Below are positions 17,408 through 27,166 of a stretch of DNA of 58,761 nucleotides, piece by piece. Location of the stretch: sequence record SRR2962707_856, one strand, 5' to 3'. Both the position numbers and the translations under genes were made by a program. Each line of letters starts with the position of its first letter. Position 1 is the first letter of the stretch. A model generated the notes under the pieces. That model was not told the DNA's origin, made no database searches, and worked only from the letters and a program-made list of their open reading frames with translations.

Positions 17408-19852
17408 TCACCTCTTTGCCAAAGTGTTCTGCAGCCCAAACCGCGACTGAAGCGCACGGCTTGTTTCCGAGCCGGGGGTCGCGATCTTTCTCGCCATCAT
17501 CTGGTCCAGCGATGTATCTAGATTGAACCCCGACCCCGCCTTGCCAGTCTGCTTTGCAACTTCCTGCCCGGCCGCATCGACAATGCGAAGCGTGATGCTC
17601 GTATCGCCACCGTTCGGCATGCTGGGCATGCGCAATTCGACAGGGATTCGCCGTCCGTCAGGGAGCGGCACGGCGGCCTCTGGGCCAGCCTCGCCGAAAA
17701 TTGCCGCGGTGCGGGAAACCCCACCTCGAGCAAAGGTCTTGATTTGTTGGGGCTTCCCGTTTGCAGCGATGCCGCCAGATGCAAACGGGAAGATCGAACC
17801 AAACAGTGAATCCAGCCCGAAATCTATGAGCTTGGACCCTATGCTGCTTAGCGCGTTTCCAAGCGCCTCTGCTGCTGACTTCCCAGACACGAGGTCGTTG
17901 ATAAACCCAGACAAAGCGCTCTTTGATGCGTCCGCGAAACTTTTCATCGCATCGCGAGCAGCGTCCTGCGCCTCCGCTAACTTCTTGGCTTCGACCTGCG
18001 CATTTGCGTACGCCGTCGCCACGTCGTCGATCGCCTCGACCCTGTCAGGGGTTAACTCTAGGCCCTGCTTTTCAGCAGCGTTGAGCAAATCCTGCTCGGC
18101 CCGAAGTTTTTCCATGGCGAAGCCATAGTCGTCGACAAGCGGACCTAACTGGCGCTGCAGTTCGGTTTCTTGATTGAGAAGTTCAATGCGCCGCTCGTAG
18201 TCGGCAAGGCTGTCAGCAAAGCCGTTTGATTTGCCACCAGAGCCACCGCCTGATCCGCCGCCACTGCCTGACCCGTTGACGGGATAGTCAGCCAACGAAA
18301 CACGGCCCGGTACACCAGTGCCAAGACCATCTGGACGCGGCGGCGGGACAAGGCCGCGCACAGGAATATCCGGCCCGCTGATCTCCCCCTCTCGCCATGG
18401 ACGACCGGCGCCCTTGTTCGCCGCAAACTCGCGCGCTGCGGCCATGCTGTCTGCAATGGCTTGACCCGTCGCTTGCGCCTCGCTCTGGACGCCTCGCAGT
18501 CTGCCGATTACCTCTGATAGCCCAGCGAATAACTGCTGGAAGTCTGGGTTGGCGTCGCCAAGCGCCTCTAGCGCATCAAGCGTCTCTTCGGCGTCAAGTG
18601 TGCCATCCTGCAAATCCTCGGAAATGCTGGTAAGCTGTGCCTGAACTTCTGGCGGATAGATGGAGAAGTTGCGCGATCCCGTCATCACATTGACGTAGTC
18701 GACCGCCATACGGGTCGCTTCGGCCAACTGTGCTTCTAGGAATGCGACCTCTGCAGTGGTTTCGCTTACGCCCTGCGACGCTCTTTCAGCGGCAGCGCCA
18801 ACACTTTCGATCAGGCTGGCAGCATACCCAATGCCGTTCCATTCGCCGCGCCCCATAAGGTCGGCAAAGAACCCTCCGTGCTCGTCAATCGCCTCCAAGC
18901 CATCCGCGATGGCCTGAAAGAAAGCACGAACACTTTCTCCGTGATTGTCTAGGAAATTTCCAAAATTCTCAATGTCGCTGGCAAGACGCTCAATGACGGT
19001 GCCCATCGCAGCGCCCGCGCCGGTGGCATCATCGAACTTGCCGGCAGTATCGATCAGGACATTTTGTAGTCTGACAAACTGCTGGCTAACCGTCAGTTCC
19101 GCATTGGCCACCTTTTCGGTGAGAATGACAGAACCAGCCTCAAACGCCCTAAAGAAGGCTTCCGAAGAAACCTTTCCGTCAACGACCAGTTGACGCAAGC
19201 GCGCAACAGATCCGCCCGCCTCCTCAAGTCCGGCAGCCGTGGCCTGCGCAATCGGCAGCGCGCCTTCAAGGATCGAATTGAATTCTTCGGCCCGGACGAT
19301 GCCGGAACCCAACGCCTGGCTAAGCTGCAAGAGCGCGCCACTGGATTCCGCGGCAGACTTACCGCTAACACGCAAGGCAACGGCAATGTTGTCTGTGAAG
19401 CCGAGCAATTCCTGCGTGGAGACGCCCAGTTCGTTTTGAACCAAGGCTGCACGACTATAAAGCTCGGTAAGCGCCTCGATCGGCGCGGCATTGCGCTGAG
19501 CGCTGTCGAACAGATCGTCGTAAACACGAGTCAGTTCTTCACCGGCCAGACCGGCGACCTTCAAGCCATTCTCGATGCGAGTGCTGGCGTCAATAAGTTG
19601 CTGCGCACCGCGAATAGCGGCTGCACCTGCGAAAGCGCCGATCAACCCACGCTGAACGCCAGCAAACACAGCGGAAGTCTGGCGCCCCATCCGCGTCATG
19701 CGCGATTCAACCCGCGCCATCGACTGGTCGGTCTTGCGCTCAATGTTGCGCATGGTCGTGTTGGTCTGGCCGAGCGCCTTGTCCATGGCTCTTGAGTACT
19801 TAGTAATCGAAGCCTCAAGACTCACAACCAAGCGTTCTACATCTGTAGCCAA
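17408..19852 (-). CDS. Tape measure protein
   Basis: ALLQLSQALGSGIVRAEEFNSILE; Ala-rich helical; FGEAGPEAAVPL. Confidence 0.92.
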   Translation of the reverse strand: MATDVERLVVSLEASITKYSRAMDKALGQTNTTMRNIERKTDQSMARVESRMTRMGRQTSAVFAGVQRGLIGAFAGAAAIRGAQQLIDASTRIENGLKVAGLAGEELTRVYDDLFDSAQRNAAPIEALTELYSRAALVQNELGVSTQELLGFTDNIAVALRVSGKSAAESSGALLQLSQALGSGIVRAEEFNSILEGALPIAQATAAGLEEAGGSVARLRQLVVDGKVSSEAFFRAFEAGSVILTEKVANAELTVSQQFVRLQNVLIDTAGKFDDATGAGAAMGTVIERLASDIENFGNFLDNHGESVRAFFQAIADGLEAIDEHGGFFADLMGRGEWNGIGYAASLIESVGAAAERASQGVSETTAEVAFLEAQLAEATRMAVDYVNVMTGSRNFSIYPPEVQAQLTSISEDLQDGTLDAEETLDALEALGDANPDFQQLFAGLSEVIGRLRGVQSEAQATGQAIADSMAAAREFAANKGAGRPWREGEISGPDIPVRGLVPPPRPDGLGTGVPGRVSLADYPVNGSGSGGGSGGGSGGKSNGFADSLADYERRIELLNQETELQRQLGPLVDDYGFAMEKLRAEQDLLNAAEKQGLELTPDRVEAIDDVATAYANAQVEAKKLAEAQDAARDAMKSFADASKSALSGFINDLVSGKSAAEALGNALSSIGSKLIDFGLDSLFGSIFPFASGGIAANGKPQQIKTFARGGVSRTAAIFGEAGPEAAVPLPDGRRIPVELRMPSMPNGGDTSITLRIVDAAGQEVAKQTGKAGSGFNLDTSLDQMMARKIATPGSETSRALQSRFGLQNTLAKR

Positions 19853-19894
19853 CGTTCTTCTCCAAACGGGATTTTATATTTAGAATTGAAACGG

Positions 19895-20671
19895 CTACAC
19901 AAGATAAAGTATCTTTGCGCTTTTCTGGCGGTTATCTACAGTCCACATTGGCCTAAGGTTAGTCAGCGACCAGCAGGCGACGAACTCTGGGTCTGTTTCA
20001 TCTTGAAAAGAGAACGCAGACCTAGGCACGATGTGGTCAATCTCCCATTGATGGAAGTTTTCCCATGTCATTCCCGGCAAAAACTGTTTTTCAAGATGCA
20101 CAAGAAGTTTCTCAAGTGAGTAGCCAACTATAGACTCCCACCGTCTTCCGGCTTTTCTTTCGCGAAGTGCCGCCCGTATTCCAGCACTCATTCGTCCGTG
20201 AATAGCGACATCCGGCTTCTTGCGAAGTTCACGTCCCCTAGCGTTCGCCCTTTCCATTACTTCTGGGCGCTTTGACCTTTCACGGGCATATTCCCGAGTC
20301 TTTTCTAGGTTTTTTAATCGGTATCTTTCCGTACTGGCCCTAGCCAGTTCAACCGCTCGCGGGTTATCTGCCCGGTATCGAATATTTGCTTCTTTCGCGA
20401 GCATCCGCTCGACTTCGTCAGCGCAAGTGGGGCAGTACTTTTGGTTTCCGTTTATCCGCGTGCATTGCTGGCCGCACTTTTGGCACGACATGTCGCGTCC
20501 GATTCTCTGTATGCCTTCGCGATCAGCCCGCCGTTCGCGGCAATCCTTGACGGACGCCCTATGACAGACCTTGCAATCACTCCTGCGCCCATGGAGGCCG
20601 CGAGCACTTTTCACAAAATCTTCAAGTGGCTTCTCAACCAGACACTTGGTGCATATCCTCGCTAGTGCCAT
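19895..20671 (-). CDS. HNH homing endonuclease with Zn ribbons, inserted in tail operon
   Basis: CTKC...CKVC, CQKC...CPTC; WEIDHIVP...NLRPMW..DNRQK. Confidence 0.85.
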   Translation of the reverse strand: MALARICTKCLVEKPLEDFVKSARGLHGRRSDCKVCHRASVKDCRERRADREGIQRIGRDMSCQKCGQQCTRINGNQKYCPTCADEVERMLAKEANIRYRADNPRAVELARASTERYRLKNLEKTREYARERSKRPEVMERANARGRELRKKPDVAIHGRMSAGIRAALRERKAGRRWESIVGYSLEKLLVHLEKQFLPGMTWENFHQWEIDHIVPRSAFSFQDETDPEFVACWSLTNLRPMWTVDNRQKSAKILYLV

Positions 20672-20691
20672 GCGCGCCCTGCTCTGCTAAA

Positions 20692-20725
20692 GAAAAAGGC
20701 CCGCCGATTGGCGAGCCTTGCTTTT
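20692..20725. terminator. Terminator-like hairpin
   Basis: AAGGCCCGCC-GATT-GGCGAGCCTT with flanking A/T tracts. Confidence 0.55.
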
Positions 20726-20749
20726 GATTTTGTTTGTGCGGGAGTCAGC

Positions 20750-21079
20750 CTACGCGGCCTCAAACTCCACCACCCGCCACGGCACCAGTTTGTCGCCGTC
20801 AAGCCAGTAGGTCTGTGTGGTCAACGTGCCAGAAACGACGTCCCGCTCAATCCATGCGAACAGGTCATCGGCCTCTTTCTCGCTTAGCTTCTCACTGCCC
20901 TTCGGCGTGTTGGCCGCGATATAGCCATTCAGCGCGGCAAAGAATTGCCACATGGACATGTCGTTGACTTGCTGCGGGGTGAAACCCATCGCAGCGCCTG
21001 CGCCATAAATCGGGGCTATTCGGAACTTTCCGTTGGGGAGGTCGTCGTATCGTTCGCCGCCTCCCCGTCCGCTTCCCCC
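20750..21079 (-). CDS. Tail assembly chaperone T portion (-1 frameshift extension)
   Basis: Frame open from slippery GGGGGAA (21073-21079) through NGKFRIAPIYGAGAAMGFTPQQV to stop at 20750. Confidence 0.7.
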   Translation of the reverse strand, partial: GGSGRGGGERYDDLPNGKFRIAPIYGAGAAMGFTPQQVNDMSMWQFFAALNGYIAANTPKGSEKLSEKEADDLFAWIERDVVSGTLTTQTYWLDGDKLVPWRVVEFEAA

Positions 21080-21399
21080 GGCACTTCATCTGCCGCCCCC
21101 TGCAAAGCAATGCCTAGAATGCCACGCGCAAGCATGATGTTCTCAAGAGGGGGGCGGCTTTCGACGTAGCGCTGGGTTAGCTTCAGGGCGTCGGCAGGTG
21201 TGGCGCCCCCGCCGATCAGACCAAGCCGGATGGTGTGGGAAATATCCCCTACCTTCCAGGTGCCGCGCGTGAGGCGGTCGAGAATGACGAACGGGCCGGC
21301 GTCGGCTTGCTCTTGGAGCTCGATAAGTTGGCCCCAACGAAGCGCAAACGTATATTCACCGTCCGCCCACGCCAGCGTTACCGATACGTCGCGGCTCAT
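21016..21399 (-). CDS. Tail assembly chaperone G (GTA gp10-like)
   Basis: WADGEYTFAL..LIELQE...IRLGLIGGG; between tail tube and tape measure genes. Confidence 0.8.
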   Translation of the reverse strand: MSRDVSVTLAWADGEYTFALRWGQLIELQEQADAGPFVILDRLTRGTWKVGDISHTIRLGLIGGGATPADALKLTQRYVESRPPLENIMLARGILGIALQGAADEVPGEADGEAANDTTTSPTESSE

Positions 21400-21845
21400 T
21401 AGGTGGTTACCCGAACCATTTCGCCGTCAGACTGGGTCGATACGTTGAGCGTCACGCGGCGGCCATTCTGCGCACCGAGTTCGAGCGATTCAACATGAAT
21501 GCGGCCCGTCCATGTGTCGGTCGAAGCGGCAAACTCAACTTCGATCTTGGCGGCAACGGATTCGGTTTCGTGGAACGCGTCAAACCATGTGTCCTTGCTT
21601 TCCGAAGCCAGCACGCCTTCGCCGCTAACCGAGACGGAAAGCGAAACGGCGTCGCGGCCAATCCAGGGCACATCGTCAGGGGACGAACAGTCGGACAGGA
21701 GGATTTCTTCGAGACCCTTGGTGAAGGTCACAGACTTGGAATTGAAGCCACAAGGCGCGGTGTACGTACCGCCGCCAGTGGGGTCGAGTAGAATGCGGAC
21801 TTTGCCGCCCGTTGTGGTGCTTGGAGGGCTCACAAAATTCTCCAT
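21399..21845 (-). CDS. Major tail tube protein
   Basis: APCG...DC..PD..PW...SVSGEGV...SDGE; position. Confidence 0.8.
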   Translation of the reverse strand: MENFVSPPSTTTGGKVRILLDPTGGGTYTAPCGFNSKSVTFTKGLEEILLSDCSSPDDVPWIGRDAVSLSVSVSGEGVLASESKDTWFDAFHETESVAAKIEVEFAASTDTWTGRIHVESLELGAQNGRRVTLNVSTQSDGEMVRVTT

Positions 21846-21911
21846 AAAAATAAAGGCCGCTCAATGGCGGCCGAGGTGGTGGATTGTGGTGTGGTGGGTT
21901 TGTTGGGCGCG

Positions 21912-22340
21912 CTACGGCTGCTCAACGACAGCGTCGAACCGAAGCACGCCGTGCATGTGTATGTTGTCGGGGTCGCGCAAAATCTGCGAAAGCCCGAGTT
22001 CTAGCGACGCCAGCGCCTTGGTTGTCAGCGCCAATTCGGCGTTGTGCAGCAATCTCACGATTGCGTCACATATGTCCCGGCATCGCTTCGAGCTGCCGCC
22101 CTTGTCCCAAATGTCAAGTTGGAAAGAGATTTCGCTGGCGTCGATGCAGTCCGCGTCGTCGCGAAAGCTGTTTGTCGGCCCAAGCGAAATGTAGGGCGTC
22201 TCAACGCTGTCTTCGCCAGCCGGTGGTGGGTCGTAGAACCGGAAATAACCGTCCGCGCCCTGCAAGTAACCGCGAAGCGTCGCGTCGGCCCTCATTGCGC
22301 CAACGGCGGCAAAGATGACTTCATAATCTGGAGCGGCCAT
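21912..22340 (-). CDS. Tail terminator (DUF3168-like)
   Basis: YDPPP..PYISLG...QLDIW...RDPD..HGVLRF. Confidence 0.8.
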   Translation of the reverse strand: MAAPDYEVIFAAVGAMRADATLRGYLQGADGYFRFYDPPPAGEDSVETPYISLGPTNSFRDDADCIDASEISFQLDIWDKGGSSKRCRDICDAIVRLLHNAELALTTKALASLELGLSQILRDPDNIHMHGVLRFDAVVEQP

Positions 22341-22772
22341 CTAGCCTCCTGCGGCGATACGCTTGGCGGATTTGTTGATTGCGCGGGTAGTGCGTCCGCG
22401 TGTGCGTTTGCGGAGCGCGCGCCAGCTAGGGTAGAAAAATGGTCGAGCAGGCATGTTCTTTGTGCCAAATTCCAAGAACCTGGCGTGAAATGCCTCACCG
22501 CCGCCCGCAAAGATCGTTATTACGAGGTTGCCAGCGCCCTTACCACCCTGCCGCACCTTACCGAGAACCATGCTACCCTTCGGAGCATCACCCCAAGTCC
22601 ATCCGATGCTCATCTGCGCGTCGCCGGTATCAACCGGCACAAGTGACTTCATCAGCATCACTATTTCTTCGGCGCTCTGCTCCATCGCCTTGGCGATTTC
22701 CTCGCGCGCAGCGTCAGGCAGCGCCCGTAGCTTTCGCTTCAGACGGTCAACGCCCTGTATGCGGGTGGCCAT
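22341..22772 (-). CDS. HK97 gp10-like tail completion protein
   Basis: VPVDTG...FLEFGTKNMPARPFFYP. Confidence 0.9.
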   Translation of the reverse strand: MATRIQGVDRLKRKLRALPDAAREEIAKAMEQSAEEIVMLMKSLVPVDTGDAQMSIGWTWGDAPKGSMVLGKVRQGGKGAGNLVITIFAGGGEAFHARFLEFGTKNMPARPFFYPSWRALRKRTRGRTTRAINKSAKRIAAGG

Positions 22773-22789
22773 GCTTTCGCCTTCCGGCG

Positions 22790-23176
22790 CTAACTAGCCG
22801 CGCCCTGCTCAATCAAAAACTCGAGCCACTGGTTCTTGCCGTCCGGGTCGGTCGGCGGAGACTTGATCGCATAAACCCTCTTGGGGTTGCCCTGCGTATC
22901 GTTGCCGGCACGCGCGTCAACGCACCGCCATGCAGCGGTAACCGGATCCATGCGGCTGGAATGCCGAACCGTACACACAAACGGCTGGCGGCCCTCAAGG
23001 CGCGCTGCCGTGACAGTCTCGCTGCCAGTGCGGGGCGTAAGGTTAGCGGGCTCAGTAAAAACGGTTTCCCAGTCGCCAGCGCCAGGGATGGGCTGGCCCC
23101 AATCGTCCTCGCCGTCGCTCTTCTTCTGGAAGTGCAGCGACTCGCGTAGGGCGCCGGAGCGTTTATTGGTTTTCAT
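22790..23176 (-). CDS. Head closure / head-tail adaptor
   Basis: GALRESLHFQ..DDWG..W; position. Confidence 0.8.
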   Translation of the reverse strand: MKTNKRSGALRESLHFQKKSDGEDDWGQPIPGAGDWETVFTEPANLTPRTGSETVTAARLEGRQPFVCTVRHSSRMDPVTAAWRCVDARAGNDTQGNPKRVYAIKSPPTDPDGKNQWLEFLIEQGAAS

Positions 23177-23333
23177 CCCCGCTCCCCTTCTTCACCCTTA
23201 CCGCCTTGCCGGCCGCCACGGCAGCCTTTGCGCATGCCGTGGTTACCAGTTCAGTCGCGCCAGCCTTGTAGGCTTGAGTAATGTTCGGGCGCGGTTTGTG
23301 GTCGTAGTCTGACAACCAGCGCACCCAAGGCAT
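23163..23333 (-). CDS. Small hypothetical protein (56 aa, absent from ORF track)
   Basis: TAATG-coupled; MPWVRWLSDYDHKP...CAKAAVAAGKAVRV. Confidence 0.7.
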   Translation of the reverse strand: MPWVRWLSDYDHKPRPNITQAYKAGATELVTTACAKAAVAAGKAVRVKKGSGDENQ

Positions 23334-23740
23334 TACAGAGTGACGCCCGTGTTCTGAATGTCGACGTGCAGCACGCTCGTCGAAGTGGCCACGCCGATGA
23401 CGACAACCGTGTCGCCGGTCGTGGCGTCGGCTTGCGGCGAAATCCCGCCGTCGTCGCTCAGTACGTAAGTCGTGCCAGCCACCAGTGTCGCGCCGATGGT
23501 CACGTCACCGCTGCGCACAATTGCGCCCGGCTGTCCGTCCGATCCGGCGTTCAGCGCAATGCCTCGCGCGGACTTGGCCGCTGCGGTTGCGCTGTTCTTG
23601 TCGGCGATCTTGTATTTTCCGTCTGCTGCATCACGATAGGCAACCTTGCCCTGCGTGAAAGTCGCACCGAACGTACCGTGCTCAACGGTAGCGTTGCTAC
23701 CAGGCACCACATTCGCGGCGGTAATTACGATGTCGGTCAT
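23333..23740 (-). CDS. Virion structural protein (decoration-like)
   Basis: Ala/Gly/Thr-rich; AAGGAA SD; in head module. Confidence 0.65.
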   Translation of the reverse strand: MTDIVITAANVVPGSNATVEHGTFGATFTQGKVAYRDAADGKYKIADKNSATAAAKSARGIALNAGSDGQPGAIVRSGDVTIGATLVAGTTYVLSDDGGISPQADATTGDTVVVIGVATSTSVLHVDIQNTGVTL

Positions 23741-23764
23741 AGCAATTCCTTAGATGGCCACCAC

Positions 23765-24334
23765 CTACTCGGCGCGCGGCGAAAACCAATTTCGATAGGG
23801 GGCGATAAGGGCGGAAACGGCCATGGGAGGCTCTTGCATCGACGCTTCGCCAACCGCCTCGCGGACTTCATACCAGTGCGAAACGAGCATCAGGCAGGCG
23901 TGTTTGATCGGTGCGGGAACGCTGGTGTATCCTGCCTTAAAAGTAACTGTCACCGAAAGCGGCTCGCTGCTCGCAGTAGGCCACGATTCATTGACCGCGG
24001 GGAGCGCAAAGCCGTTGTCAGTTCCGACGCCGAACGTGCGATATCCTGCAATCGTCTGCTCGGTTTGATCGGCGTCGAGATATTCAATGCTGTCGACAGA
24101 AATCAGTGTGCCTTGCGGAAAAGCCATTCGTCCGGACGGAAACTCATCGAGTTTCATTTCCCACGTCTCGGATGCGAGGGACCGGCCAAGCACTCGGCCA
24201 ACCAATCCCGTCGCCGCTGCAATCAGTCCCTCGAAATACGTGTCGTCCTCGTCGTGAAAAACGCGGGAATTCTTTTTTGCCTCCGGTACTGACACGACTG
24301 GCGTGCTTGCCGGAACTGTCAGGCGGAGTTGCAT
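23765..24334 (-). CDS. Head-tail connector (gp6-like)
   Basis: VSVPEAKKNSRV...AGY..VPAPIKHACLMLVSHWYEVRE. Confidence 0.9.
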   Translation of the reverse strand: MQLRLTVPASTPVVSVPEAKKNSRVFHDEDDTYFEGLIAAATGLVGRVLGRSLASETWEMKLDEFPSGRMAFPQGTLISVDSIEYLDADQTEQTIAGYRTFGVGTDNGFALPAVNESWPTASSEPLSVTVTFKAGYTSVPAPIKHACLMLVSHWYEVREAVGEASMQEPPMAVSALIAPYRNWFSPRAE

Positions 24335-24337
24335 GTC

Positions 24338-24595
24338 TTACTTCCGGGTGCGGGTTTTTGGCTTTTCGTCGGCAGTCTTTTCGTCAACAGATTCTGGCAC
24401 CACGGCATCAGCCGCAACTTCGCGAGCCTCGTCGACTGTCACCTCGCGCGTTGGCGCTTTGCCCTCTTTGGCGATAAACCCCTCGCTTTCTAGGCCAGCG
24501 GTGAACCGCCCGAAATCGCGCTCGTCGCCAGGCACAAGATGCTCGGTATCAACGCCGTTCACGGAATACCGGAACGGTTTTAGAACTTTAGCCAT
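24338..24595 (-). CDS. Hypothetical head-module protein
   Basis: AAGGAG SD; MAKVLKPF. Confidence 0.65.
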   Translation of the reverse strand: MAKVLKPFRYSVNGVDTEHLVPGDERDFGRFTAGLESEGFIAKEGKAPTREVTVDEAREVAADAVVPESVDEKTADEKPKTRTRK

Positions 24596-24644
24596 AGTGT
24601 CTCCTTTTAGGTGGGCACCCGAAGGCACCCACCCCGATTAGGAA

Positions 24645-25040
24645 TTACGCAACTGGTTTGTCGCGTGCATTTCCGAGCAGGAAGTCGACGCTGTAAGCGA
24701 CGGACGTGCCGCTATTCAGCGTGCCGAGGGCGCGAACATAACGCTTGGCGCCAAGATAGCCCTGCTTGTAGGTCGTGGCAGCGACAAGCGCGGCAGGAAT
24801 TTCGCCCTGCAACTGCGCGTCGGGCACGTCAACGAAATCGCCGGACGTGGTAGTGTCGCTGTGCTGCAATTTCAGGGTGACGTCACCAGCGCCTGCAACT
24901 GCACCAACATTGACAGTCATAAGGGCCGATTCATACCCTGCGGTATCGACAGTCGTGCCCGTTACGGTTCCCGCCGAATTAACGGCAGGCACAACCGAAG
25001 ACACAAGCTTCAGGTTGTTGTAAAGGTCTTTAGAAGCCAT
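24645..25040 (-). CDS. Capsid-associated structural protein
   Basis: Directly after major capsid gene; VDTAGYES...GYLGAKRYVR. Confidence 0.7.
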   Translation of the reverse strand: MASKDLYNNLKLVSSVVPAVNSAGTVTGTTVDTAGYESALMTVNVGAVAGAGDVTLKLQHSDTTTSGDFVDVPDAQLQGEIPAALVAATTYKQGYLGAKRYVRALGTLNSGTSVAYSVDFLLGNARDKPVA

Positions 25041-25062
25041 TCGGCTATCTCCTTTTCAATAG

Positions 25063-25088
25063 AAAAAGGGGACGCATTAAGCGTCCCC
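25063..25088 (-). terminator. Terminator after major capsid gene
   Basis: GGGGACGC-TTAAT-GCGTCCCC followed by TTTTT. Confidence 0.75.
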
Positions 25089-25099
25089 AGCCAAGTGGC

Positions 25100-26395
25100 C
25101 TAGAGGGTGGCGCAAGTCAGCTTGCGAATGGCCTCTGCCAGCACGACCTGCCCACCAAGGCGGCGGCGGAAGATAAACCGCACGTTGCCAGAAGTGGCCT
25201 GGGTGTACGGGTCGCGGAGCATTTCCATCGCAATGCGGTCGACCAGCGTATAAGCGCGACCGAAATCGCCGTAAGCGATCGGGGTGTTGCCCGCGCCCTC
25301 GTTCGGCATGTCGGGGACTTCCACATACGGGTCGCCGTCGATGGTGTTCGGAGCGCCCGCGCCAATGCCAGGCTGCCAGATGTACCCCTTGTCGGCGTCC
25401 TTGAGCTTACGAACCGAGCCAAGGGTGGTGCGGTTCATCGCCCAAACGGCGTTGCGAGCATAGGCGGTCTTGAGGCCGTATTTCAGCGTCAGGAGGCCAT
25501 TGGCCTGGCCATCAGCGTCCGCAATGGTCGTCGCGGTGCCGGAGTTGTTGCCGGTCACGCCATCAGCGGTCAGGAAGCCTTCAGGCTTGCCGACGCCATT
25601 GCCGGAAACGAACGCGGTGCCTTCCGCAACAGCAAACTGCTCGGTTGCCTCAAACGAGATTTCCGATTCCATATCGAACGCGGAATCTTCGAGGTTCTGG
25701 TTCGAGATGTCGATTAGCGCATAGAGCTCGTGGGTCGGGATTTCCCACATGCCATAGCGCAGGCCGTCGGTTTCCGAGCGATTGCCCTGTTCAGCAACCC
25801 ACTGGGCTGCGAACTGGCCGGTACGCTTCGGAATCGAGATAGCCTTAGAGGAAGTCTGGCGAACGCGGGCCAACATACGGGCCGGCGAGATTTCCGTAAC
25901 ACCCTTGATGATTTCGCGAACGTACTCGTTGGGAGCCAGATAGCCGCCAGTCGTGTCGTTGGCGATCGAAAGGGCCTTATACTCTTCCTGCGCGTCGGCG
26001 AGCGCCTTGCGCTGGTCTTCCGGCAGGTTGGCCACGCCGATAAGGTGCGCGTTAACGACAGCGCGACCCCACAGATTCACGCGGGACTTCAGGTCACGCT
26101 TGCGCTGCTCGGGGTCAGCCGAAGCATTCAGGTGCATGGCGTTGAGCTTCTTTTCAAGCTCGTCGACGTGCTCCTTTTCCTCGTCAAGCGCCTTGCGGGC
26201 CTCGAGAATGTCGGCGGTCGCCTTCTGGTTCGATTCCTCGAACTTCTGAAGCGCGGTTTCCAGACGATCGACCTTTTCAGTGGTCACAACGTCTGCGGAG
26301 CCCTTCTTTTCGAGCTCCTTGATGCGGTTGTCATTGGCGCTCTTGAACTCTTCAAAAGCTTCCATGACCTGCTCAACGGCAGTTTTCTCAGCCAT
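25100..26395 (-). CDS. HK97-fold major capsid protein with N-terminal scaffold region
   Basis: GGYLAP...WVAE...GNGVGKPEGFL...YIWQP...YGDF..AY. Confidence 0.95.
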   Translation of the reverse strand: MAEKTAVEQVMEAFEEFKSANDNRIKELEKKGSADVVTTEKVDRLETALQKFEESNQKATADILEARKALDEEKEHVDELEKKLNAMHLNASADPEQRKRDLKSRVNLWGRAVVNAHLIGVANLPEDQRKALADAQEEYKALSIANDTTGGYLAPNEYVREIIKGVTEISPARMLARVRQTSSKAISIPKRTGQFAAQWVAEQGNRSETDGLRYGMWEIPTHELYALIDISNQNLEDSAFDMESEISFEATEQFAVAEGTAFVSGNGVGKPEGFLTADGVTGNNSGTATTIADADGQANGLLTLKYGLKTAYARNAVWAMNRTTLGSVRKLKDADKGYIWQPGIGAGAPNTIDGDPYVEVPDMPNEGAGNTPIAYGDFGRAYTLVDRIAMEMLRDPYTQATSGNVRFIFRRRLGGQVVLAEAIRKLTCATL

Positions 26396-26422
26396 AGTAA
26401 TAATATCCTTGGGATGGGCTGG

Positions 26423-27166
26423 CTACGCGCCAGCTAGGGTTCGGATGCGTTCCGCCAGGCTCACAAGCTCGGCCGACCGCTGTTCCGCCGCGGCTTCCTC
26501 ATCCCGAGGATCCGTATTCGGCTCTCCGTCTTCACGACGGAGTTCTGTTTTTAGGACCGCGACAGCCTTAACGCTGTCGGCGCGCGACAACCCTGCATCA
26601 CGCAGGGCGTCCTCTAGTTCACGCGGATTAAACTGCGACTTCACGTCAACAACGCGAGCCTTTGGGTTCGATGGGAACGTCACAAGGGACACTTCCATCA
26701 AGTCAACCTGTTTCAATGTGCGCCTCGGCTCCTCCGGCCTGGTGCGCATCGACCATTCAACGGCGCGAAAACCGATCGACAGCCCGTTATAGGCTGGCCT
26801 GGGCTTCATCTTGAGTAGTTCGTAGGCTTCCCGACCGCGCTCGGTATTGGCAAATTTGCCTTCCACCCAGAGCCCGACGTCGTCTTCTTTCATGTCGGTC
26901 CAGACGCCAATAGGCGTCGAATCCGAACCAAACATGCCGCCATGTTGGCTTAAAAGAGCCGGCCAGCTTCCGCCACGCCGTGCCTTTTTCAAGGTTTCGG
27001 CGAACGCGCCCTTGGCGATCACGTCGCCATGGCTATCCACGTTGCCAAACACGGCGCCGTAGCCCGAAAACGTCATTTCGCCGCTGCTATCGTCGGAAAC
27101 GGCCTTGATCTCGCCGAGCCCAACGAACATGTGCTCGACAGGACCGTCGTTTTTTTCGTCAAACAT
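26423..27166 (-). CDS. HK97-type prohead protease
   Basis: FSGYGAVFGNVD..DVIAKGAF...GLSIGF...LMEVSLVTFPSN. Confidence 0.93.
   Translation of the reverse strand: MFDEKNDGPVEHMFVGLGEIKAVSDDSSGEMTFSGYGAVFGNVDSHGDVIAKGAFAETLKKARRGGSWPALLSQHGGMFGSDSTPIGVWTDMKEDDVGLWVEGKFANTERGREAYELLKMKPRPAYNGLSIGFRAVEWSMRTRPEEPRRTLKQVDLMEVSLVTFPSNPKARVVDVKSQFNPRELEDALRDAGLSRADSVKAVAVLKTELRREDGEPNTDPRDEEAAAEQRSAELVSLAERIRTLAGA

Noticed and set aside
26327-26341. SANDN in the major capsid protein as a tag
   Set aside because: Lies in the helical scaffold segment (FEEFKSANDNRI), where similar residues are plausible for structural reasons; not counted
13114-26437. Long plus-strand ORFs (e.g. 13114-13932, 13978-14952, 23366-24292, 25730-26437)
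   Set aside because: Antisense shadows of well-supported GC-rich structural genes, with no SD or recognisable motifs
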